Assembly (NCBI GenBank): GCA_950097015.1
Contig: CATNEN010000007.1
Span: 8,618,001 to 8,682,000, forward strand
Direction of reading: 5' to 3'
Origin: Macrostomum hystrix
Taxonomy: Eukaryota; Animalia; Platyhelminthes
DNA: 64,000 nucleotides
Part shown: piece by piece, positions 48,090-62,196 of the stretch
Layout: each line of letters starts with the position of its first letter
Numbering within the stretch: the first letter of the stretch is position 1
Program-made: the position numbers and the translations under genes
Notes under the pieces: model-generated
What the model was told of the DNA's origin: nothing
The model's database searches: none
The model's input: the letters and a program-made list of their open reading frames with translations, nothing else

Positions 48090-49248
48090 TATTCGATATT
48101 TTTTACCTAACGCTCAAAACAATTTAAGTTTGAAAATCAATCTACTCGACGTCATCAACTCAAAATCTAAAACTCTCCTCTTTTATACTATCAAGGCGGA
48201 GGGGGTGGGTGTTCAAGAATTGCTGTTGCCGTATAGACAGATCCTCGAAATGAGCGCTCTCGATTTTTCAGTGCTCCAATATCTACTCAGGGATCACCAT
48301 AGTGCGCTTAATACTGTACCTTTAATATTATTGAGTGCACGCAATCTTCCAGTGCTCAAACATAAAAACGAAAAAGTAAGTGTCTCAAGCTGGAATTCTA
48401 CAAGGACGAAACCAAAGAAAGCTTCTTGGGCACGTGGGAGTCGCAGCTTCTCTCAAAGGATAAGCTGTGCCTGTGTACATGTAAATACAGGGATTACAAC
48501 AAGATAAATGTAACGATGAAAGCATTTCCATTTCTTCCATCGCTACTCAGTTTCTCTCTCGCTCTGCTCATCAGCTCCATCTCAAATTCGTAAAGTCGTC
48601 ATCATGGCGTCGGCAACTCAAAATTGAGTTGGCGCAGGACTGCTCTCAGTTCTGAGTGCGACATCTGATGCTCAGCCGATGCTCCTCATGCAGCTAGATT
48701 TCGCGATGGAAATCAATAGACCCGCATCACAAGAGGTTCCTAGAGCTTTTGAGCAAGGGGCTCGCATTGTTTCTAATGAGTGATGAAAATCTACTTCCAA
48801 CGATGAAAATGATGAAAATCGCTTCAGCTGGTAGAGGTGCAACTGTGCAGCGAGCAAGCAGGTTCATTGACAGAGATGCAGAACTGATCTGCTCGAAGGC
48901 ACTGATTTTGCTTTGCTTGCTCACGGATGACAATAGAGGTTTCTTTTTTAAAGCGTGCCTCTTTAAATTCTGTTTATTGTAGTTTAGTTCTCTGCGCTCC
49001 TGCGATTCTTTCTGCTCTTAAATTGCTCAGACCCCATAACAATGCGCCCAGATGTTGATAGAAACTCAAGCAGGAATGCACGTCGGACTAATAACAGCTC
49101 TTGCAAAGGTACTAGACAAAGAAGAATTCAGTAAATTATGAGGGAGAAAGTTTTTAGAGACATTAGGTTTTCTTTAACTTTAACATCGCCGCGGTAACCA
49201 TGTCAGGCGAAATAGCAGCCAGCATTTGCACGCAGCTGATTGGCCAGC

Positions 49249-50125
49249 TCAAATGAAGCCGTAGGCGATCACCTCACAAATGGTCAGTTTTTGATTGAAT
49301 TGGCTGGTCACTCGCAGCCTCTGACCCCATTGTTTGCAGGTGAAGTTTCGCACAGAGAAGGCGGTCTCAGTGATGAAGTTAACGCAGGTGACGCCGTCCA
49401 TTTCAATGGTAAAGTTGTTCAGTCGCTCAGGGCAGCACTCAACCCGATTGTAGAGCGCCACCTTCGTGACAAATGCCTCTTTGTCCGTGTCGGATTCCCA
49501 CCACTGCTTCGGGCCGACGTCAGTGCTGAAGCAGTCATCGTGCACTTGACTTAAGTTGCCGTCGATGGCCTTGCCGCACATGTTTTTGAGCGAAAATGCG
49601 GTGCTCTGACGGCAATCGGACAGGTGGAGCTGCGTCATGCCTTTCACGTTTCATAAAGAGGACAACGTTTCATGTTAAGTTTAGTTGTAAATGTGGCATC
49701 AATTTCTGCATGGACCCAAACTGCAGCCTATTAATTATTAATTAAACTTGCACTCAGACTTCACCAGTAGTAGCTGAGTATCCAGTCAATACTCGCCATA
49801 CAGTGGCACTGGAAATCTAATCCTGGCTGTTCTCACCTGCAAAGCCCAGCTTTGTGAGGACCACAGCAGCAGACGGCGCTGCCTCATCATCGGGCAGCAG
49901 CAGGAGGCACTCTGAGCCCGTGAAACGAGCTCCCATGCACCACTTTCTTGTTGTGCACAGGGACAGGCAGTGCGACAAGTGACCGCTACTCATCGTCTGC
50001 TCAACAGCAACGTGGAATTCTGCTGTCTCCAGTTGGAACATGGAGATCAGGGATGCGCACAGCACCGCTGATGGGAGCTGCAGCAGGAGCAGTCGGAAGT
50101 ACAGCTGGGTAGAAAAGCGTTTCAT
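49249..50125 (-). CDS. Secreted PAN-like + F-type lectin (fucolectin) domain protein, paralog 1
   Basis: Exons 50125-49837 and 49640-49249 (phase 1). Signal peptide, C..C...WC..ARF.G..C pattern, then QST, AIDGN, QWW, YNR.ECCPERL and LTICEV. Confidence 0.85.
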
Positions 50126-50299
50126 TTCGTCTTTAGCAAAATAGCTTCTATAAATTATTGTATGCGCAGGTAGCAGTGATCACTGCTGATATAAATAAAA
50201 ATATTGAAATTGCTCATTTCGATAGCTTGTAATTGGTCGAGAACCCCTTGGCCAATTATTCAGTGAGTGGCACTGCGAGCTACTTACGTAGAAATGGTT

Positions 50300-50530
50300 G
50301 GGGTTGTAGCCTAGTGGTTAGAGCAGCGGACTCACGACTTGAAGGTCAGGGGTTCGATTCTTGACTCCACTGGAACAATGTGTGTCATTTAGCAAGACAC
50401 TTAACTCTGCAGTGCTCCAGCTCACCCAGCTGTTAAATGGGTAACAGCATCAGCTGGGGAAATTAATGGTGGGTGTGGCTTCCGCCGAGTCCATGGACTG
50501 AACAGCCGTACGCAGCCTTCAGATGCGCCG
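50300..50530 (+). mobile_element. tRNA-derived SINE
   Basis: A box TAGCCTAGTGG and B box GGTTCGATTC. Body shared with 20640-20815 (-) and 60030-60165 (+). Confidence 0.7.
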
Positions 50531-53249
50531 CACAATAGCTGCGGATGTGCTGTCGGCTACATATCTGACCCAATTAGTCCTAGTGCAACCAATTAGTTAT
50601 TAGTATAATTATAATATGGAGCATATGGAATGGATAGCCAGTCTGGGAGCTATTCGATTAAACGATACCAAATAGGGCTGACCAAAAACCCTCTCCAGGG
50701 CAAATTTTGGAAATAAGCCCTCTTAGAGGTTTTGGTCGCAAAAGCCTTCTCCGGTGTAATGTTAACAAAAATTCCTCTCGGGGCTAATGCTCGCAAAAAG
50801 TGTTGTCTTAAAGATTACAATTTTCGATGGTAGAGTAAACTATTTTTAACCCGTCATCCAGGACACTCTCCTGATGACCATTCGAAAATGAATATAAAAT
50901 CAATCTTGCCTAGTGCTTACTGTTAGTTCTCGCGAATTTCAAACTTTTTTTGTGATTCTAAAACGCTTCTGGGGTGGGTGATTTCACATTGACGAAATTA
51001 AACTATTAAATTAAACGGATTTAATGACTCCACGTGTGCACTGTTCTTGCAGCTTATTCCTTTCCTACAAATATGGTACTATAAGGACGTACCACTAGAA
51101 GCAGAAGGGAATCGGAAATTGTTGAAAAAACTCACTAAAATTAAAACTTCGAGTCAAACGCGCTTCAACAACGCGTCAGATACGCTCCAGCGATAGCCCA
51201 ATTCAAACGATTCAAGTGCGAGTCAAAACGCTAAAACGTGTCACCTGAATCGTTTTTGACACGTTTCCGCAAAACGCTTTAATAAAGTGAACTCAGAAAT
51301 GCTTCAAAAACGCGTCTTTTACGACGTGTAAGACGTGGACGTGTACGGTTTTGAATCACACAGAATTACTTTCCCTCCACTCCCCCAGTACAACTCCAAA
51401 ACGCTTCAATTCAAGGCCACAGTCACGTTTTCATCGGGAGCGAGGGTCAGAGGAGACCAAACTATTGGGGTTACTGAGACGAGCTAAAGGAAGCGTTAAT
51501 ACGAACATACGTATAAGTTTGAGCTGCATAATCATCTGAAAATTGAACCTTCTAAACCTTATAAAAATAACCGAATTTCATCTGGAACCGAGCCCAGTCA
51601 GTGCAGTCCCATTTCTGCCCGATTTCCCTCACTTTATAACGGCTTAATCGGAGCCGAAAAACTAGCTCGGATCCACATGGAAGCAAACCAGCTTGAGTGA
51701 TTTCTGATTTTCAGAGCTTTACTTGTCAAAAGATGGCGCTTGTCGAACAGATTCAGTTAGCAACGCTGCAATAACGATTCGCTGACCAAATCAAGATATC
51801 GATAAGGCGGCAGCTTTGATCTTTGATGGCAAACTTGAGTTGTCAGAGATTCAACTGTGAACAGTATTTTGCTTCGCATGGAGAAATTTTCGCTTGAAAG
51901 CATCGCATTCGGGATAACAATTGGCATTTCCTCAATTCAATCTCCAACTAGCTTGTCCTTGTCTTTGCAGTAAAGGAAGGTATTTCAGAATTGTGTTTGG
52001 CACAGGACTGCCGAATGGACGGACTAATAATAGCCTTAAAATATTTTGAGGCTTTATTAGTATTATTATTATTGTTATTATTATTATCATTATTATATTT
52101 TTCATTAGTTATTCAATTAAGTTAAATGACATAAGAATATAGCGACTGTAAAGTTGTAAAAAAAACTTTAATCGGATGGATTGAAATAATTCATCTTGGA
52201 AATGCATAGATGGTAGAAATAAATTATGCGGAAAAACCATCTTGGCGCGCATATTTTATTGTGATGTTGTTAGGCATACGAGCGTATACTCGTAAAAACA
52301 CGTTTCTTTACTTTTTTCTAGGGCAGCTGCAGTCTCGCAATCGCTGTTATGTTTTCAATGTACTTTGCAAGCTCTCCTGTTACCTCCTGAATTTTCTTGC
52401 ACCATTTAGAAAAGGATTTTGTCTTCTGCTGTGAGACTACGAAATTTCTTCACTATGGATGAAATGTCTCCAACGAAATTTCCCTTACCGCCTTGTAAGG
52501 ATCCCAGTTGCTCCGGAAAAGAAAATGTACTTCGTTTTCAACCCCGACTTCGTATTTCGGGCAAATTCTGTTTTCAAGATGGATTTTCGGGCGAACAGAA
52601 CGCATCGTTTCGCCTGTGATTTCCTAAACGAAAATTTGACACTATGCGCCTGTGTTCCAGGTTTGATATCTATTTTTCACGACAGAAATCTCTCTTGAAA
52701 CTGCAGTAGAAATGGCTAAGCTGTGCAGAATTTTGCACCCTCTGTCTCCAGTGTTCTAGGAAATCAATTTGAAAGTTTTCCCTGTGAATTTTAACTGACT
52801 TTGCCTTTGAGTTCAGACAACAGTTTTGCATAAAAACACTACTCATTTTTGTTGCTATGCCTACTTCGCTGTATTCCGGGTCCCGTATAAGCTTAGATAT
52901 AATGGAGTCTGGGCGATGAGACAGGGATGACCGGAACTGGAAGCTTCTCTTCTGTATATCATACAATAGGGGCAGTCTACCGAGTTCTGACCGGGCCTGT
53001 CAGTTGCTGTCAGTTGCTGTCAGTATTTGGACTGAGTTGTAGTATTAATAGTGCTTTTCAGTTCCTAAAGTTAATTCTCTCTATTAAGCCTCGATCCCAA
53101 GGCTTGGGTCCCAAGTTCCAGGAAACAAAGGTGTCCCAGGCCTCTGAGGCATGCAGGACTATGCTTTCTATCACGGCTGTGCAGAACAGCTGCTTTAAGT
53201 TGACGGTTCGGAATCCTGCCAATTTCCTAAGAAACACCATTGTGTAGCC

Positions 53250-54633
53250 ACACTTTTTGCTAACTTCTATGGCGTGGGTATCGACTGCCTCTTCGAGTTC
53301 ATGCGGAATCCCAGGTATTTCCACTCTTGAACTGGTTCCACCAGTCGACCTTGCAATATCAAATTATTCGCCCTGTTTGCTGGGGAATTACACTGTAAAA
53401 GCTTTGTTTTTTTATATATTTATATCAAGTTTATTTTCTAAGCAAAAATCTGCTAGGTCTTGTTAAGACCCTTATATAGTTCTGTTAGATCTTCGCCGAA
53501 AAAGACTGTCATCACAATAGAGTAGGTTGTTGATTTCTTCATTCATTATATTGGTGTTGCTGTGGAATGACTCATTTAATTTAGCAGAGGCAAACTTGAG
53601 TTGTCAGAGATTCTACTGTGAAAACAGTATTTATGTTGTGAATGACCTATGTGCACATTTGCTCATAGTGTACTTATGTAATCAATGTACATGTGAGGTT
53701 CAATAATATATTTACACGGCTCTCGCTACGCGAGAGAGCACCCTCACCCTTGGTTAACTGGACTTGGTCTCGCCTCGCTTATTTGGCTAGCAGCCACAAC
53801 ACTGGCATCGCAAGCAGGGGTTAGAGCAACCCCCCAAACCAGCGCAGTCCAGCCAATCAACTCACGGCAGCCAGGCCCACTAAGCGACTTTCGCACTCAT
53901 ACGGCACTCACAACTGCAAGTCAGCCAGTTGAGCCAATCGGAAATGGGTAGCACTGAGAATGCCACAGCGCCAGCGCTACGCCTGAACCTCAGCGAACCT
54001 CCACCATTTCTGGACAACCCAGGAACACCTGCAGTTTCGTGGGAAATCTGGGCCGCTGAGTTTGACACCTACCTGCTAGCATCCGGAATCGACAGCCTGC
54101 AAGAAGCCAGGAAGATTGCGCTGCTCACCCACTGCCTTGGGCGCGAAGGAGTACGAATCTACCGGACCCTCTCGGCTGACCAGGAAACGGCTCCGACAAC
54201 ACTAGCAGCGGCATGCGATCTCCTGAAGCAGCACTTCCACTTTTTTTCACACTTTTTGCTAACTTCTATGGCGTGGGTATCGACTGCCCCTTCGAGTTCA
54301 TGCGGAATCCCAGGTATTTCCACTCTTGAACTGGTTCCACCAGTCGACCTTGCAATATCAAATTATTCGCCCTGTTTGCTGGGGAATTACACTGTAAAAG
54401 CTTTGTTTTTTTATATATTTATATCAAGTTTATTTTCTAAGCAAAAATCTGCTAGGTCTTGTTAAGACCCTTATATAGTTCTGTTAGATCTTCGCCGAAA
54501 AAGACTGTCATCACAATAGAGTAGGTTGTTGATTTCTTCATTCATTATATTGGTGTTGCTGTGGAATGACTCATTTAATTTAGCAGAGGCAAACTTGAGT
54601 TGTCAGAGATTCTACTGTGAAAACAGTATTTAG
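53250..54633. repeat. About 380-bp direct repeat (53250-53633 and 54250-54633) flanking the Gypsy fragment
   Basis: Near-identical sequence from ACACTTTTTGCTAAC to AAACAGTATTTA. Confidence 0.9.
53634..54240 (+). mobile_element. Truncated Ty3/Gypsy element: 5' LTR, PBS and gag start
   Basis: LTR 53634-53801 is bounded by TGTTGTG...CACAACA. PBS-like TGGCATCGCAAGCAGG at 53803. Gag reads PPPFLDNPG.P.VSW..W...F..YL.A...RKIALL.HCLG.EG..IY. Confidence 0.85.
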
Positions 54634-54954
54634 TCCTCAGGCTAGCAGACATGCACTTGCTTAAGAATAGGGCAAGATTGTCCGAGAAATGGAGCTGACA
54701 GACCCTGACCAGGAATCGCCTGCCAAAAAACTCCTGGGTCAAAAAATGCTGTACTTGCATGATTCCGCTGCCAGACTGACAGTTCGCGAGATCGCAGGAC
54801 GTGCTCGGCAGTCCGATGTCCATAGCTGATTGCACAATGAAAAACAATCAGAAGTAATGTTGATGATTTCTTTTGTTACTTGGTGTCACGGACATTTTGT
54901 TATAGTGCATCAGCAAGCAGTAGATATGTTGTCTGCGTCTGTTTTTATAGGTAT

Positions 54955-54990
54955 GACAACAACAAAAACACCACCACCACCAACAACAGC

Positions 54991-55034
<44 letters not shown>

Positions 55035-55375
55035 AAACAAAAACAACACCACCAACAACAACAACAAAAAACACCAACACCACCACCACCAACAACAACA
55101 GCAAAAACAACAACAACAACAACAACAAAGAAACGACCTCAAAGAGTCACACCCACCAGCTTGGTCCGGGGCGCAAGCATTAGAGCAGAAGCCGGTCAGG
55201 AAATCTCGCCTCGCCAGCGCGGTTCCTGCAGCTTGAGCAGCAGCACTTCATGTAGGGCTCAGGGCAGCGGGCCTCCAACCGGATGACGTCCGCGCAGCAG
55301 GTCAGAACGCCTCGTCAGGCGCGCCCTTGTGTAGAGCGCGGCATTGGTCTCGCAGGCATGACATCCGTATGACTG
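54955..55375 (-). mobile_element. RTE-like LINE 3' fragment with (TTG)n tail
   Basis: Degenerate minus-strand translation TNAALY..A.L..SDLLR..VIR.E..CPEPL.EVLLL, followed by a trinucleotide repeat at 54955-55130. Confidence 0.45.
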
Positions 55376-56112
55376 AATATAGCCATTTTTTCCTGTGCAC
55401 TTTTTTTATCTGTCAGTCAGAATATTTCTGAACCTACGAAAACAGTAACGAGGCCTTTTGGGATATCTCTATTGCCAAGTCTTTCTCAATAATATTAGCT
55501 TCGTAATTTAGCTTTATCTAAATATTTAGTCAACTCTGCTTCCATCGTACCACGTACGATGGAGACTACTGAAAGTAGCAATACATGGCAAAAACAGCTT
55601 TGAGTATATCAAGTTTCAGTTGAGGTACATTAAACAGATATCGGGCAGATGATGGACAGGCTAAATGTATTAGCCTGTCTTCTAACCGGGTAATAAAGAA
55701 TTCGGGTGCTTGAACTTATTAATTGTACAAATTATCGGCTCCTATTGGTATTTCGTGACAGAATAATTGGAATCGGTCAGTTACCTAAAGCATGCTCGAA
55801 AAGTTGATCTCTGATGCGTTTGAGCTGAAAATATCCCAAAGTCATGGGAACAAAGCTCCCCAATTAGAGCCCTGAGACCATTTTTCGAGAACTTTGGGAC
55901 TTTGCTCATGTGATGAGCAAACACCAAAGTTCTCAGCTTCGTTGCAGACTAACAATGCATCTGTAGCCTCTCATAGCTGACAATTTAGCGCACATGATTG
56001 GAGACACATGGGAACCAATGTGAGAATGAGTGATGCTGCTTATATTTCCAGCATGAAATGCAATATCATGAGTAGCACTCTGGTAAAGAATTTGTTGGCA
56101 AAGAGGCTGATA

Positions 56113-57014
56113 ATGCGGGGCTTGCTGCACCATTCATCAAGGCGAGTGTTTTTCCTGCTGCTGCTGCTGCTGCTGCTACATTTGCTAAATTTTCACGGCG
56201 CCCAAGGAGACTCGGAATTAAGCAAGCTTTGGCTCGAGGTAGATGGATACAGCTCTACTGCTGAGCAGTCTTTGAGCAGTCAGTACCTTGTGGAATGCTT
56301 GCTCATGTGCGCTGCCAGGAACTGGTGCGCCAGCGCTCGGTTCGCGGGCTCCGTGTGCCACCTGCTGCCTGATGAGCTGTTTGCACCTGCTGTTGCTGAG
56401 CCCACCCACACTGTGTACAAGAAGCTGCTATTCGCGAGTGAGTTTTGTGAAAGCAATGCATAACAGTAATTTTTCTTCTGTCAAATTCACTGGGCCGGGA
56501 TCATACTCACACAGTTCTCATGCATTAAACCACAAACCTTTTCATGCCTGATCGAATCGCCTATACTGCAATATTTATTTTCTGATTTGCCTTGTCCATA
56601 TACTTATTGAACCTAGGACGACAAAGGCTGTCACTCTCCGACTGCGCCCAGAGCACATTTTATTCTACTACAAGCTACCTGTGCGGCAAGGCTATGGACG
56701 GCAACGTAGCGCAGTCATTTTCCACCTGCTTCTGCACCGCCTCTGGCCCCGGCCAGTGGTGGGAGGCTGGCACAACGAGCGACGCCTTGATCACAGCTGT
56801 GACTCTGTACAACCGCGGCGACTGCTGCCCCGAGCGACTTAACAGCTTCCTCATTACGGTGGATGGCGTCACCTGCGTTAACTTCACCACCTCGACTGCG
56901 TTCTCTGTGAAGAGCTTCGCGTGCAACCTGCATGGCCGGAGGCTCCGAGTGACCAACCAGCTTAACACCCACCTCACTTTCTGCGAGATTACCGTGTATG
57001 GCAGTTATGTTTAA
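56113..57014 (+). CDS. Secreted PAN-like + F-type lectin domain protein, paralog 2
   Basis: Exons 56113-56437 and 56617-57014 (phase 1). Leu-rich signal peptide, AMDGN, YNRGDCCPERL and LTFCEI. Confidence 0.85.
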
Positions 57015-59101
57015 ATCGCACTATTGGACTCTTTCTGGATTTATGGAGAACTTTGGTATCAATCGGCAAAGCGATATAACAAACTGATCGACTCGCAAAT
57101 AATCCGGTCACAGATACTTTGTCTAAATAACTGACTTTTTATTAAACAACTAAACAACTAGACAACTACCGAAAAGTTTCAGATTTTTTTACTTTCATAA
57201 CCAGTCGCAGATTTTAACAGAAATCTTCAGAGAGCACTTCTTAGTAAAATTGCTTGGGCCAGTCATGAATTTAACATCCTTGCGTATTATACCACTAACT
57301 AACAAAACATAACAACTCTTGAAACTCTAAATTCCCACGGAATGCTTAATCAATCAGGACGGGAAATGGGCCAAATCATGGCAAAAAAAGTAGAAGGCTC
57401 GTTTGTCTTGATTTAGCTCGTTTCCTGTCCTGATTGATTAAGTTGTCCTTTGATAATACCTCAATAATTAGGTTTTTTCTATGACTTTTTACCATAGATA
57501 TTGACTGCAGGCGCGATAGCGGGCGCGAAATGAAGTCAATACATAAAAATGAAGGCAATTTAGCCATAGACAGTTGTAGCGGCTGCCTAGTTTTATTTCG
57601 TACCAACTGCTGCGGGCTGGCTCGGTTATGGAATAATAACAAATCACGCCTCGATGCCGCCTATCCATATAGGTATAATGTGTTCTGTATAGGTATAATG
57701 TGTTCTGTTTGCAATTTTCTGCTGTCTATGGCCTTATTCTGGCAACATGTGGTGTTCTCTTAGCAAACTTTGACCATAAAAACATTTTTTGGGAGATTCG
57801 TGCATCTCATCGGCCAGAAGACGGCGTGATCGCACGGCATCTAGATTGTGAATTCGAACTTCAAATCTTAGTGCCCCAGTTTCCCCACTGTCAAGCCCAC
57901 CTGACCCGTCGCAGGCAGGCACACATGCACAATTAAGCTGTCTGCGGCATCTGCACCGTTTTAGTACTTTATGGCGAGACAGCATTGTTCATCGCATGCC
58001 GAAGACCTGGATCGGTTCCTTAACTCTAAGCTGCAGCAGCAGGATGCTCGCTGCATGGGGCTTCCAAAAGATAGAGGACTGAAATAGCTCAGCCATGCAA
58101 AACATGTTTACTTTGCGATCGCTTTTTCAGATTTTTTTGCCGTTTCACTCTCATTTTGGATTTGGAGAAACTTTTTTCTCGACACGTTTCCTCAGAGCTA
58201 AACCTCAGAAAAAATAATTTCCTAAATCGACTTTATATATTCAACTCAAGTTAGCCTTCAAATGAGAATTTCTCTTCGATTCCATTGCGAATTCATCCTC
58301 ACTTAGAGAGATTGCTAAAATGTATTTTGTCTAATAAAAATTAAGCGCTGTCACTTTAGCACAGAGACCCATACTCTACATGACTACTACCTTTGGCGTA
58401 ACATTTTGGCGTAGCTTTCAGGTATGGAGAAGTCGCTCAGAAATCTATTTATCTCTTACTTTAGTTGGTTTGCAAGACTTTCAGAAAACTTAAAGAAAAT
58501 GCCTGCCCAAAACCTAACTCCAGAAGGATTTCTCGCAAATGAAGATCAGGCCAACTCCTGTCAAATTTTGTCAAGTTCACAGAAATTCTTTTCGCTTCAA
58601 TCCACAATCCACTGACTCATCTCCTGCAGCCAGTTTAGGGAAAACCTGAGTTCGAAGGCAAGAAAGTTTTATGCATTGTCTATCTTTTAAACAAGAGAGT
58701 TTTGCATAAAATCCATGGGGTTTCAGTAGAAGTCACAACCCTGTCCCAGCTGACGATCCACGGGTCGTCAAACTTTCGCATTTCCATCGGAAAAAGATGA
58801 GTTAAGAGCCATTGTGTTGAGCAGATAAAAGAACGTAAGAAGCAGATGTAAAACAAGACGAATCCTTCTTCGTGTATATTTGTGGAGACCCGCTTGGACT
58901 AAGGGCAAGCAGCAGCTTTCTCGCTGAAACTCTACATTTTTTACATCAACTTGCGCCGTAGCAGAAAAATGAGCAGAAGATGAACGGATGAGCCTTGGTC
59001 AAATTTGGCAAGAAAATTTCATGTGTGCACTGTTCTACTTTAAAATTTACAAACGCCGCTACTTTGATCGTAGCTCCAGTGTCAGTCAAAGTCACTTTTT
59101 A

Positions 59102-59667
59102 CAGTAGAAAGACCACGGATTACCAATTACCAACTTTTTTCTGTGTCTACCAAAATATTCAATCAATCGGCATGAAAACCCGGAAAATTGGCTCAAATTT
59201 TCCGCTCCATCCGATGAAAACAACTTCGAGAATCACAAAACATCGGCATCGACGAGATATTCAACGATTCTTGTCGGGTGTCTGGTGGCAAAAAACACCA
59301 ATATAGGCATAATTATTCTGCTCACAAAAGTTCATCCTATAACCATTTCGGCTATCATTGTTGATTATATGGGTTATTATATTATGTAATATATACTTAT
59401 ATAATTATAAATTTTTTAACCAATATGGATTCGCCAAACAGATATACACAGAGCAATGTCAATTGTCCTTGTCAACTGGCTATTCAACCAGAATCGCTGA
59501 ATATCTCGACGATGGTGACGTTGGATGGCTTTGAAAGCTAGTTCATGGAGAAAGGCGGAAATTTGCTATCTGTACGGTGGAATTTTACGAAAATCGGTCA
59601 TTCTGTTCGGGAGCTATACTGTGAAGGTGGTCTTTCCCCAAGGGGAAAAAGCATTGTCTTTCTACTG
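59102..59667 (+). mobile_element. MITE copy (same family)
   Basis: CAGTAGAAAGACCA ... TGTCTTTCTACTG. Confidence 0.75.
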
Positions 59668-61099
59668 ATAAACCACTGGGCCATTGCTGACGTGCGACGG
59701 CACAAGGCAAAAGAAAAAAACTCGTTCTAGATAAGTAACTGCAAATTTGGCACCAAGAATCGGAAGTAGAGCCATATATACGTGGGAGTACATAGTACCA
59801 TAGTACCTAAGGTCGTTGTTAGACAGTCTCAGGTGTTTTAGTGAAGTCTCCCCTCACGCGCCGCCTCAGTCAACAGGCCTGATCCACCCAACAAAGCCAT
59901 TAGTTGCGGATGTGAGCTTATCTGTCTCAAAACCTCCGTAGAAAATACACGGGAAGCGCTGGCTCATGCATTTTATGCTCGCAAATGGCTCGTACGAGTA
60001 AAGGCAAATGCGTTCGTAATATACCCAAACATGTGTCCTTTAGCAAGACCCTTAATTTGCATTGCTTCAGTTCACCCAGCTGCTAAATGGGTACCAGCAT
60101 CAGCTTAATAATGAGTGTGGCGGCCCCCCAGTCCATGGACTGAACAGCCGTACGCAGCCGCAGCATTGTGAGAACAAACCCTAAAGGCCACAGAATCGCC
60201 CGATTGTTAGCTGCGCGTCGACTGTTGCCAGAAGTTTCTGTCAGTGCATCAACAGGCCTCATGCAATGTATTTTTCTTATTTCACGTCGTCTAACTACTG
60301 ACTAAATTACTCGCGTTAAAAACGTGCTTTTTTCATGGAGTACCAAAAGTCCCTGGTCACAGCGAAAAGTTACATTCCTACGTGCATCCGTTTAGAAGTA
60401 AAATCACTTCAAATGGTGGCCTCTAAAGCTTTTTTTCATAGATTTTGAGTACTTTAGAAGTCATTGGACCGCTAAATGAATTCAAAGCCGACATTAGTCC
60501 TAGATGCTAGTCTTCTGAATATCTGCCGTGGCTCCCCTTGTTAATAATCTCCTTATTGCACCAATCTAACACTCGACTAAGAGCTGCCTTTTCAGGGAAG
60601 CCTAAACAGTGAGTCCGAAGGTCTTGCAGGTCAGGTGTCATGCTTACCTGGACTCAAAAGAGGAAATCACTGGTCTAGATGGCTTACCTGGATTAGGCGT
60701 ACTGGTTAGTACATGGGCCGGGCCCAGCTTGAACTGCAAGTTTCTTGCCAGGTGTGTGCCAGATTTGTTTACTGTGGCGCTCAGTTTCATTTATTTAAAT
60801 AGAAGAGACCTGTAAACTGCACTGCATTTCACACACACTTTTTATCTTACCACGCCCTCATTCCCCTTACTACTAAAAGTAGTCTCGTGTTAACTGACTT
60901 GTCTCCGACTCGGATTTTCAAGTAAGAAAGACAAAAAGAACTTCGCTCTACCGAAGGTAAACTGAAAGATATTTTCAGAGCCAATCAGCGTCTAAACGGT
61001 GCAAAAAGGCTGGACTCAGTGGCACAGCTCTACAGCTGCGTATGTTTGTCGCTGCCTGTGTACTGCCAGCCTCTTTGAAGCTTTAAACGTACAAACACC

Positions 61100-61661
61100 A
61101 CGTGAGTACTTCAAGTGCCCACAGTTCATTTTTCAGTATCTCCTAAACTATTCAACCAATCACCATGAAAATTCAGAACCCTGGCTAAACTTTTCAGCTC
61201 TAACAGATGAAACCATTTTCTAAATCACAAAACACTGGCATCGTCAAGATATTCAACGATTTTCGTCGGGGCGTACGGTGCCAAAAGCCACCAATGTAGG
61301 CATTATCTGCTCGCAAACTTTTGTCATGCAACCATGGCAACCATGTCGGCTATTCTTTTTTACTTTATCGCTAATAATACTGTTATTTATAATCGAACCA
61401 ATATTTATTAGCCATAGAGGTTGATACAGCACAATGTTAGTTGTCCTTGTCAACTGGGTCTTCGACAAGAATCGCTGGATATGTCAACGATGCTGACGTT
61501 GGACGGCTTTGAAAGTTCATCGAAAAGGGCGGGAAATTTTAATACACATGGTGCACTTTCATGGTCATTCGTTTTGGGAGCTATCGCGAAGTAGGCGGTG
61601 GGTATTTGAAATACCCCCTTGGTATTGCTCCGGGGGGGAAGATAGCATTGTCTTTCTACTG
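61100..61661 (+). mobile_element. MITE copy (same family, left end eroded)
   Basis: Family core present. Right end TGTCTTTCTACTG followed by TTAA. Confidence 0.7.
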
Positions 61662-62196
61662 TTAAAGTACATCTTCTGAACTAGAAAAGGATGCATAAAG
61701 AATAATATGTTCCTGATATTTCAAAATCTCTCTCTCAAGCTGGGCTACATTCTTTCACAATATTTAATCCCGCATTTCTGCAATATTTGAAAATAGTCTA
61801 ATGGCAACCGGCGATTGATTGAAGCGATTAAAACAATCATCGAAAGTCAATGGCAATTACAGACAGGTAGTGAGAGACACCAGCTGCTGCTGTAGAACTT
61901 GAGCTTGTTTGCTCGTGCTTCAGAAACACTATAAGGATTTTTCACATCTCGGAAACGGAAGGGATAGCTGCATTGGCAATCCACATTGACGAGTTTACGG
62001 TGATGGTCTTCTACTTAAGCTCATGCATTTATAACGGGGTGCTTAATTGCTCAAGAAATCGCGATCAATATATCAATAAATATTGATAGACTCTCGTACT
62101 TTGCAAGATTAATAAAAATTTTGTCAATAAAATCAAATAACAATAATCTGATTTCTATGTAGATTCATATTAAGCCGAGGAAAGGCAGAATGTGCA

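Larger units (their letters stand above)
29186..48100. mobile_element. Degenerate Polinton/Maverick (adintovirus-like) element carrying nested insertions
   Basis: pPolB, minor capsid, c-integrase and PC4 genes lie together. Both boundaries are uncertain and no TIR pair was found. Confidence 0.75.

Noticed and set aside
48100-49100. Right terminal inverted repeat or further genes of the Polinton
   Set aside because: No inverted match to 29.2-30.2 kb was found by eye, and only short ORFs without motifs are present.
50300-50375. tRNA-Val(CAC)-like gene
   Set aside because: Stems are imperfect and it is attached to a repeated body found at three loci, so it is a SINE head.
53130-53250. LINE RT remnant (LFCTAVIESIVLHASEAW, minus strand)
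   Set aside because: Resembles an RT C-terminal motif but is too short to call with confidence.
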